Under the pieces are notes generated by a model. That model worked only from the letters and a program-made list of their open reading frames with translations. It was not told the DNA's origin and did not search any database. A stretch of DNA of 63,058 bases, the filler included, from Hausera hauseri (Eukaryota), in NCBI GenBank assembly GCA_046269625.1. It is 10 parts of 10 records of this genome, joined end to end, with 100 filler letters (N's around TTAATTAATTAA, not from the genome) between each part and the next. Parts side by side here need not be neighbours in the genome. Positions count along the whole stretch, not along the records: positions 1 to 13,702 come from JBJURY010766539.1; positions 13,803 to 20,737 come from JBJURY010050330.1; 8 more parts are not named here. One strand, given 5' to 3'. A program made the position numbers and the translations under genes. The first letter of the stretch is position 1. Each line of letters begins with the position of its first letter. Below, piece by piece: positions 9,301-16,712 of this stretch.

Positions 9301-10221
9301 GATGTAGAAGCAGGGTTATCATTTATAAGAAGGCCAATAACTTCAAAAGAAGTAATAATAATAATGGCTTTGAATTCGATATATTTATTCACTTCAATCA
9401 GAAATACTGAGACAACTCCTGTAGAAGTAACGTTAATGAAGTTAAACGGTGAAATTATCCTGGATGAAATTCTATGTCCTAGGGAAAAAATTGATAACTA
9501 TAATACCCATATAACAGGGTTAAAAGAGGACCACATTATCGGTAAAAAAGATTTCTATCATGAAGAACCCCTTTTGAGAAAAGCAATTGTGGGAAAGGTA
9601 ATTGTAGGCATCGATGTTTATAACATCTTTGCAACCACATTCAGATACGACTATAACAATCTCTTGGGGATCAGGGAACTTTTATATCACAAGGATGTCA
9701 ATCCTCAGCGGATATATACAGCTAAACAAATTCTCACCCAATACAATGATAATAAATACCCTCAAAGGACTCGAGACAAAGCTTTGACCATACTGAAGAT
9801 TTATAACTCTATTTTCGAGTATCAAAATGAGAAATTCGAAGAACTAACAAGTTCAAGAGAATCAATGGATACACAACCAATCGCTGACTACCCAATCGCG
9901 CTAATTCCTACAGTGTCAACTCTACCTATCGATGATCAAACTGAAACATCCTCTTCCGTTCAGATAATGAAAGACTGTTCTATTGATCTGAAGCCGTTGG
10001 AATTAACCAGCTCTACTGAATCTATTCTCGTAGACCTTACGAAGACGACAAAAAGAAAAAAAATTCCGAAGAGAGAAACAATTACTCTGAAGAGACAGAT
10101 TAAAAAGAAAGGGCGAGTACTTCATATCAAATCCGTCGACTACCAAGACTCAAATGGAATTATAGAAGCCTACCCTTTGATGCTGCGGACAGCATCATCT
10201 AAGGAGGGAGGTGTCAAATAA
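6328..10221 (+). CDS. Polyprotein part 2 (after a 1-nt frameshift near 6312): integrase, signal peptide, 3 FN3-like repeats, TM, unknown domain, DEDDh-like domain
   Basis: H..H..C zinc-binding region; DDE residues AMDILGP, LTDQAPNF, GTVERFNG; GPY module KGPYIV; hydrophobic segments at 7381-7440 and 8437-8508. Confidence 0.88.
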   Translation: MLIQYHDGMLGGHQSKKRTLGRLRRKYYWHKMPKDVEEWCKSCPKNTGSKIKVPLKPLECPPAPMEFSAMDILGPLPMTINGNKYMLVFVDLFSRWPVVIPIPDQKAQTIAQAFVEEIVFNYGAPTKLLTDQAPNFTGEVMAQISKIFQVLQLKTTPYHPQTNGTVERFNGILTNMLATMVNERQDDWDEYIKPCLFAIRNTIHPATKETPFYLMYLRDTHMPIDLDFKIPISHLKDLEYKELLEEKLGYVWNLASRHMKICQKEYKERYDEKAKPHDFKPGDKVMLHTPLNKKGKTPKLDRPYKGPYIVQKADETNIYLNKNKRNKIDPIKVHVNRCKPAPIESKIRNENLSSLLMVIFMTLTLVTGISAQTLDVNYKAVQIGKYPCIKITANRNLTTDEYIHIFISKYPVLEKTTPENCDLYYNHSVHICCGLSFGETYRIQYATGKSDQSYRTYFSFPGTTHHFNRPYFLISFYPKIMKNGPCVTAEPDVTITRYVTFKYIIFDGINSIYCKPNYENPYICCPIAFDKEYMIYYWTTYNGQTWSKTSDGPEIMVRSPPKKITISTKKTITLTTTPTLVTSLTTKAKKFIKELDIIIQPTIHSLVITASDLKTTNIKFECYLNYRIISEGVLTPDEPTSSCLSLKADTSYQVIITELDEDGQVLQVLKRKEKTLKLPMINTERVTKIVTTQKFEQTSNKHSWIIIILCILLILVVILIPLTIYCLKIRRRQNRVRKMLNHLKMLKENSQNSLLDISASVLENPRQVEKLTDQKRLIRPLKDTTVCLCTRIYDEAAKTLVTYIRIKQSKYDNVLFFKTAWLMLMFLFLVQEGAERTERPNAFYNHILSNLWATSHQNYCYYGKAVLIPNNLKGYSIQQRSGLIVKLQQRSINLSDLINTSGYTYAVYISVARGIIQLKSKSHATGITDVMEILNRVTVRLDPRLYLNATITIRTCEGSFPIIYIEVIKKDQILRLDYQIPKFMTPRPKETDVEAGLSFIRRPITSKEVIIIMALNSIYLFTSIRNTETTPVEVTLMKLNGEIILDEILCPREKIDNYNTHITGLKEDHIIGKKDFYHEEPLLRKAIVGKVIVGIDVYNIFATTFRYDYNNLLGIRELLYHKDVNPQRIYTAKQILTQYNDNKYPQRTRDKALTILKIYNSIFEYQNEKFEELTSSRESMDTQPIADYPIALIPTVSTLPIDDQTETSSSVQIMKDCSIDLKPLELTSSTESILVDLTKTTKRKKIPKRETITLKRQIKKKGRVLHIKSVDYQDSNGIIEAYPLMLRTASSKEGGVK
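7381..8508 (+). other. Second type I membrane protein with three FN3-like repeats and a Thr-rich linker
   Basis: Repeated motif ICCGLSFGETYRIQY / ICCPIAFDKEYMIYY / SCLSLKADTSYQVII; TM WIIIILCILLILVVILIPLTIYCL followed by basic KIRRRQNRVRK. Confidence 0.65.
9350..9820 (+). other. REXO4/ISG20-like DEDDh exonuclease fold with catalytic residues substituted
   Basis: EVTLMKLNGEIILDEILCPREKIDNYNTHITGLKEDHI..KAIVGKVIVG resembles the REXO4-type RVSIVN..G..YDKYVKP.EPVTDYRT.VSGI....L..LKGRILVGH; ALNSI stands in place of ALDCE. Confidence 0.7.
10201..10211 (+). promoter_or_regulatory. Polypurine tract
   Basis: AAGGAGGGAGG immediately before TGTCAA. Confidence 0.75.
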
Positions 10222-10988
10222 ATGAAATCATTGAAGTGCTGTTTGATCAATAATATAACCATGAGTATTGAACATATGTGAAATTATTGAACAGATAATT
10301 AAAATTGATTGACTTATGGTTTTGCAGATTAAAAAGGATTTTCTTTTCATTTTTCTTTGACGATATCAACCATGTGTAATAATTAAAATAGATTTGTAAT
10401 TATCTCCTCATTTTTTTGACATATGTCACGGCTGTAGTTTTATTATAAATACCGTTACTATTCATACCATTGACACACAATTTTTGACTGAATACTGACT
10501 TCTGATACATTATGAATCTGACGTATGATAATTGTAAGTTATGTTTTTTTGTTCCTTTTTGTTCATATTTTCTTCTCGTATTTTGGTTGATTATTTAATT
10601 TAATATTTTATTAAATATTCCGATAGTTTCAGTTGTTTTGATTTATTGGTTTAGCGTAAAGTAATTAACTAAAAGGTACCGTATTGTAATAGAGATAAAT
10701 AAAATAAATTCAAGACAACCCCTTTTTGGTATACCTTCCTTTAATACAGGTCGGTTGTTAAAAATCACAATAAATAAGGGAGAGCGACGTCGGTGTACCT
10801 CCCGACCGAACTCACACATTAAGAAAAAGTAATTAAATAAAATTCCTGAATTTCGGCAGACCCACAGGCTGCCGAATACTCTGACTAATTAAATAGAACT
10901 TGGGACACGGAGAGGACCCAAGTTGAGAACTGATAGTATAAGTTTAAGGTCGTGAGACCAAATAAATTTTACACCTTCAAACTTATCA
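10212..10988 (+). repeat. 3' LTR (~777 bp)
   Basis: Starts with TG after the PPT; TATAAA ~10445; AATAAA motifs; ends ..CTTATCA, where homologous coding sequence of another element resumes; collinear with 11391-12090. Confidence 0.7.
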
Positions 10989-10989
10989 T

Positions 10990-11411
10990 AGAGATAAAGC
11001 CTTAGTTATTCAAAAGATTTATCGGTCAATCCCTGACTACCAAAAATAAGTGAAAAATCGAAAAACACGCCAATTAACGTACAAGTATTCCCACATCCAC
11101 CAGCACCTGTCCAACTAGCGCCAATTCAGACGCTTTCTCAAAGTGCATCGCCAAATAATTGGAAACATTTACTGCGTGATATCTTATTGTCTAATATCTC
11201 TACTCGTGATATTAATAACCTCATCAAAAACTACATACAACAAATACCAGATAAGAAAACAGTTACCATCAAACGAAAAATTATGGAGGATAATGAATGG
11301 ATAGAAGTTGATTCAGTAAGATACAAACGTGCCGATGGTTCCTTTATAATCTTCCCTCTTAAGCCGAGCGTAGCTTCTTCTAGGAAGGGATATATCGACG
11401 ATATAAACTGA
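10990..11411 (+). pseudogene. 3' polyprotein tail of a related element (end of exonuclease-like domain plus C-terminal motif)
   Basis: RDKALVIQKIYRSIPDYQ vs RDKALTILKIYNSIFEYQ; TIKRKI..EVDSVRYKRADGSFIIFPL..VASSRKG vs TLKRQI..HIKSVDYQDSNGIIEAYPL..TASSKEGG; one frameshift. Confidence 0.8.
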
Positions 11412-12090
11412 CTAAACTGTCCGCCAAATTCAAATAAACCAGACGAAATTGATCCGGTTAAGTATAAACTATGTAAACAATTTACATTGATGTGAAATTT
11501 AATTTTTCGATCTAATCTATGTGATCATTGATTTAATTTATTTCATGTGAAATTTAATTTCATTATTTTGAAATTTATTTTTTTTTTTATTGTAACTGAA
11601 CTCTTGATTTATATAAATACCACTCACATCTTAACAAGACTGACACAATCTTTAACAATTTATAATTTTTTGCACTGTAACTTTCATAGATGTATCCTTC
11701 CTATGATAGATGTAAACCTCATTTCTATTGTTATTTCGTTTGATTTCAATTGTTACAGTAGATTTCATTTTAATTCATATTAAAATTTTATATTATTGTA
11801 CTTTTATTCTTTTTAGTTGAGAGTAAATAAGTAAGTAGTTTTACATTAACAAGACTTACGAAACAATTTAATTAATATCTAATGGGTTCCCTCTTCGGTA
11901 TACCGCCCCATAAGGACGATTGTCTAAAATGATATAAATAAGGTAGACTATCCGTAGTATGCCTCCTAGCGATCAAGTCACACCGTAGGATCAAATAATA
12001 CAGAGTAACCCCACAGGTTACTGCGAGAATAATTAAAAATTAAGTTTAAAGTCGCGAGGCCTAAACTATTTAGAACTTTTAAACTTAACA
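11391..12090 (+). repeat. Diverged 3' LTR of the related element
   Basis: PPT AGGAAGGGA at 11382-11390; blocks TATAAATACC, GGTATACC, ATAAATAAGG, CCCACAGG and AAGTTTAA shared with the first LTR; ends AAACTTAACA. Confidence 0.65.
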
Positions 12091-12842
12091 TTAATGTAAA
12101 CTTCAGCATTTTTTACCTTCAAGAGTAATAATTTGTCCAGCCCCATTGACAGACATGCATCCCCATACCATCAAACCTGTTTCTACTGCTGTTGCACTTG
12201 TATGATAGTTCATTACCTGATTTATGTCAAACGTAAACTCTGCAATGTGAATACCTCAACATAATCATTGATTCGTCAGTTCAAAGGAATGTGTGCCAAA
12301 ATTTTCATTCTTTTCCTCAAATGTAGGGTCTTTTAAGTGCAAAGCGACAATTCAATCCTGAGCTATGTAATCTTCTGCATATTGTGCTGCTTAACCGTGC
12401 ATTTTTGTCCTCACTGATAATCTGTGTATGTATTTTTGGTGCACAAGTGAACGGGTTTTGGTTTGAAAGTACTTTAATCTGAGTATACACTCTTTTGGTA
12501 GTCGTTTGTAGCCTCCTTGGTCAACTTCATCGATTTAAAAGACCATTTGTGGAAAATTTATTGATAAATCTATTGATCGATATGTCAGGTTTTCCAAAAA
12601 TATTTGCTATGTACCGATTTGGAAAAACGCATTCCTTTAATTTTATAATTGCTCTTTTCTCTGAGACGGTCAATTGCTAGAATTTTGCCATTTTGTGCTA
12701 AAATTTGAATTAAAATTTACTTTTACTAATAATGCCGCTTAAATTCAAATCTTACTTCAAGCCGTATAATAGAATGTAGAACTTATTTGTTAAAATGATT
12801 ACATTATAAATATTTATTAAAAGTTCAAAGTAATTCAGTTAT

Positions 12843-13113
12843 TTAACTTCAAATCTACTCTTAGCCTGTTGTACATATTGATGACGTTTTGTGATATTCG
12901 AGCAGCCTCAATAGACATTTTGACCGCAAGATTGCACCATGCTCGATCAGAGATCCCAAGCTTAAGAAAGGTGTTGTTGTTCTCTGGTCACCAGGAACCT
13001 TTGATTAGATGTTTGTACCAACTGGTGTTTTCGTTTATTACTTGATCGATTATCTCTTCACCATCGAATGGACTTTTAATATCTATAATGTAGCAGAAGC
13101 CTTTGGCATAGAT
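12843..13113 (-). pseudogene. 3' fragment of an RLE-endonuclease (R2/NeSL-like) non-LTR retrotransposon
   Basis: Minus-strand translation CYIIDIKSPFD...GSW*PENNNTFLKLGISDRAW resembles the restriction-like endonuclease C-terminus; contains a stop. Confidence 0.45.
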
Positions 13114-13804
13114 TATTATTATTATTATATTAATCTCTGGTGTAGGTAGCACTTGCGCCTTTGCCTACAATGGGAAGTCATAGTGACAACATTTTTGTTA
13201 AAACATTTTCCAAGTCTAAAAGGATGAAGGTTTATCGGAAGAAGATTTAGTTTAGCCACGTAAAAAATTGCCATGTGTAGCCAGACAAGGAAGTATCTAC
13301 ATTTGTCATGCATCTGGAGGAAAGGGAATGACGACCGACTGATGATGCTCACTTATTTTGACGTTTGTCCGCTAGCCAGTCCTAATAGTAATATTCGTTA
13401 TACATTCCGGAATTTTAGAGGATACAGAATGGAATTGGTCAGAACCAATGAAACCTGTTTGATTTGTCGTAATAATAGTGAGTTTGACTTTGCTACTGCC
13501 ATCGAGTTGGAAGAATATGGTTATATTAAGACGTCGAATTTGCCGGTTGGACAGTCGAATCTTCATCCAATGGCACACACACCTAAGAGCGGACATATAT
13601 GATAGATTTTTTGTTCTCAACCTGCAGCAGTAGCGACCTTTCGATTCATATCATCTGGGCTGTTAAGGAATTAAAAGATCTGGGTGACTGATCATAGGAG
13701 TANNNNNNNNNNNNNNNNNNNNNNNNNNNNNNNNNNNNNNNNNNNNTTAATTAATTAANNNNNNNNNNNNNNNNNNNNNNNNNNNNNNNNNNNNNNNNNN
13801 NNTA

Positions 13805-14113
13805 ATGCAGCAACATGCTAAAATGCGAGACATTAAATGTCCGATAGTGTTTCCAGCCAAAAATAAAAGCCGTCCCGCAGGATTACGCTCATCGTGGGAA
13901 AAAGCTTTAAAACAAGCAGAAATTAGCGACTTTAGGTTCCATGATCTTCGGCATAGTGCCGCTTCTTATCTAGCCATGAACGGCGCGAGTATGGCAGAAA
14001 TTGCCGAGGTGCTTGGACATAAAACATTAGGGATGGTAAAACGCTATGCGCATTTATCGGAAGCTCATACCGCAAAAGTCGTGGAAAGCATGAATAAAAG
14101 AATTTTTGGGTAG
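13805..14113 (+). CDS. Bacterial/phage tyrosine recombinase (integrase), C-terminal part
   Basis: FRFHDLRHSAASYL..EVLGHKT..MVKRYAH carries H-x-x-R, H and the catalytic Y; 5' end cut by the gap. Confidence 0.92.
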   Translation: MQQHAKMRDIKCPIVFPAKNKSRPAGLRSSWEKALKQAEISDFRFHDLRHSAASYLAMNGASMAEIAEVLGHKTLGMVKRYAHLSEAHTAKVVESMNKRIFG

Positions 14114-14191
14114 GCGAGGCCCTCACTAGATACTCGTACGGTTTTCAAATGGTTATAGGAGAATAAGCTATTTTGAAGTTTATCAAAAAAC

Positions 14192-14311
14192 TTACCATTG
14201 AGTGGGTTTTAAGTCCTGATATTTTTCTATTTGGCGTTGCTCTGCTGTTTTACACCCAACACTAGCTATACTAATTAAAATAACAAGCAACACACCAATT
14301 AATCTACTCAT
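14192..14311 (-). CDS. Small putative bacterial lipoprotein (39 aa)
   Basis: MSRLIGVLLVILISIASVG-C lipobox-like sequence; ATGA overlap with the upstream ORF; GAGG upstream. Confidence 0.55.
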   Translation of the reverse strand: MSRLIGVLLVILISIASVGCKTAEQRQIEKYQDLKPTQW

Positions 14312-14535
14312 GATCCAAGTCCACCTCTTTTGCGAACTGTACTCCATCTGCAACCACAAGAGCAAGTTTTAAAGCTCTGAATAGAATTAAACAAACCCGT
14401 CCACTCTCGACCACAATCGCACATACATTTAACCATAATACTATTGTTCTTGTTTCGCCAAGCTGTTTGAATTTTTAACAGGCTAAATTTTTGGCCTATT
14501 AACGTGGTTATGTCTATCCTGAATTTATTGTTCAT
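14308..14535 (-). CDS. Phage-type hypothetical protein with CxCDCG...SCGC motif
   Basis: GQKFSLLKI..KCMCDCG..SCGC is typical of the N-terminal domain of phage HNH/AP2 proteins; ATGA-coupled to an upstream 43-aa ORF (14532-14663). Confidence 0.65.
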   Translation of the reverse strand: MNNKFRIDITTLIGQKFSLLKIQTAWRNKNNSIMVKCMCDCGREWTGLFNSIQSFKTCSCGCRWSTVRKRGGLGS

Positions 14536-14826
14536 CTAAAATCAACCCCATACAGAATCTTTGTTGAGGTACCAGAGTGGATGTACTTTGTATTAGGTCT
14601 CGAAAGAACGAGACCGTAGTTTCGATAATTGAATTTCTTTATATGTTTATTACACTTGTTCATTTTAGTTAACCTGAATAAATTAGAATTAATTGGTTAA
14701 CGGACTGCCTTGTCAAATCGACTTTATCAGTTCAGCCTTGTTGTTTGAAGTTGAGTTCATTAGAGTGTTCGGTGTTGCCACTTATATAATTAAGGGTTGA
14801 TCTATCACAACAAATATATTAGTTTT

Positions 14827-15042
14827 TGTGGTGCCTTAGGACCAGGATATCCGGTCAGGATCATATCCGGTCAAGATTTAGATAGCCCTTCCGGCACCCA
14901 AGCACTAACCACTGAGTCTACCGTGTGTTCACTCTACGGTAGGACGAATAAAGCAAGTGGGCAACGATAAGAACTGTAACACGACAAGGCAGTATTGGAT
15001 AATTTAAATGTTTGGCTCACGTACCTTGTACACGTGAATACA
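14827..15042 (+). repeat. Candidate 5' LTR of Gypsy element B
   Basis: TGTGG...AATACA with internal AATAAA, upstream of gag; partner LTR not in the contig. Confidence 0.4.
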
Positions 15043-15537
15043 TGTTTGTCGGCTGCAAGGTATAGTCGGTTTGAGCCGGTCCGTCAGGTCAATTGTGCCC
15101 CGCTACTTGCTTCCATTGTCTTTTGGTGATAATCTTAGCCTTTACACACTGAGATCTGTTTAATTGTTGTGACGGCAGTGGAGTGTACGTTGCGGCGTCC
15201 TACGATCGGCCCCGCCACTGCTTTCACCAGTTTTTGGTGAAATCAACTTCCGATTTGTGCTGACGGAAGTCCGTTGTGTGTTTCTTGAAATAACGTGTGA
15301 GCCATAGTGTATGAATTTGATCATCATCAATCGAGAAACAGTTGGTTGCATAATTTTAGAAATAATTAAAATGTAAACGCTGATCATCATCAATCAGAAG
15401 AGAAGCTGGTACAGCCACTTGATAGTTTAGTTGATAGTCATTGTTGATCATCATCAATCAGCAATAAGGTTGAGAAGACGGTACAGCACTAGTGATAATA
15501 AAGTATAATCATTGATTATAATAAGTTCATAGCTGAC

Positions 15538-16712
15538 TTGAAAGAGTGTATAGAAGACAAGATGGCGGAAGCACCATCTGTACCAATGGTTGCTATTCCC
15601 CAACAGCAACTAGACACCATGTTAGAAGAGTATGGCGCCATGAGAGCGGCATACGAAGAAACAAGGAAAATGTTGGAAAATTTACAAGCAGGAAGCCAGA
15701 CCCCAATTAAGGAAGGGAAGCTTCATGTAAAGTCAGGTTTGGGTAAAGAAGACCCAGTGCGAAAGGCCTTAGATAAGATAGAAACAATGGTGACTAAGGT
15801 TGACATGAATAGTAGGCACCAGAATATTAGAACCTTTGTACAACCTTTCAGTGGGAAAGAAGCGAAGACATTTAAGACTTGGATATCACAAATCGAGAAA
15901 TACGCATACTTGGTGAAGGCCACAGAAGAAGAGAAAAAGGAACTGGCGTACATGACCTCAGATGCGTTGGCTAATGACTTCATAAGAAGAAGATTTAGTT
16001 CCCACCCGGAAGAAACGGGACGAATTTAAGAAAACACTGGCCAATAGATACGCTGAAGTCAGTGACATGCATTATGCAGCGGCAGCACTTAGAAAGAAAA
16101 AACAGGAGCGAGAAGAAGCGTTACAACTCTACGGTGACCGAATGCTAAATATGGCAGAAGAGGCATACTCTGGACAGAATATTATGACAGAAGAGATAGG
16201 AAAGCTATTAATACCGATATTTACAGACGGTCTAAGAAACACAAGAATCAAGATAAAGTTAATGAAAGACGAGCCAAAAACAATACAAGCAGCCATTCAA
16301 ACTGCAGTGGAAGAAGAGAATTTTAGTAAAAGGGTGAACATGAGGTTAGGCAGAGAAAAATATGACGACAGGGGAGAAGAACAAATGGAGATAGACCAAT
16401 ACAGACCAAGATGGCACAGAAAGTTGCATGAACACGAGAAGCATAGCGGAAGAAGATAGGAAAACAGTACATGAAGTAGAGAAGAGAATACAGTGCTACA
16501 AGTGCGGCAGAGCGAATCACATAGCAAGGGAATGCAGAAGTAAACCAGTAGAACCGAATTCTACTAGACCGAATGCAGGAAATCAGAGAAAGTGCTATAA
16601 ATGTGGCAAAGAAGGACATTTTGCCAGGGTGTGTAGGTCGAATGAAGTACATGAGCAAAGAGACAGCAGAAATCAGACGCAACAGGGAAACGGAAACCCC
16701 GCTTTGAAGTGA
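15538..16712 (+). pseudogene. gag: Gypsy element B gag (frameshifted) with two CCHC zinc knuckles
   Basis: PFSG..FKTWISQIEKY; EQMEID; CYKCGRANHIAREC; CYKCGKEGHFARVC. Confidence 0.88.

Larger units (their letters stand above)
1..10988 (+). mobile_element. Ty3/Gypsy-type LTR retroelement with env-like glycoprotein upstream of pol and accessory domains after IN; 5' end lies outside the window
   Basis: PR-RT-RH-IN order; PPT AAGGAGGGAGG (10201-10211) followed by a TG...CA LTR-like segment. Confidence 0.9.

Noticed and set aside
10840-10988. Hammerhead or other ribozyme in the LTR hairpin cluster
   Set aside because: No CTGANGA..GAAA core in the required arrangement
13273-13602. 109-aa Cys-containing ORF
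   Set aside because: No recognisable family or second copy, so no product can be supported
13703-13802. TTAATTAATTAA palindrome flanked by Ns (also near 20738, 27373, 32657, 36753, 40816, 45119, 52576, 58950)
   Set aside because: Artificial 100-bp contig linker with stops in all six frames; not biological, and adjacency across it is meaningless
13805-14113. Eukaryotic tyrosine-recombinase element (DIRS/Crypton)
   Set aside because: The sequence and neighbouring coupled ORFs look bacterial/phage; the adjacent retroelement has its own DDE integrase
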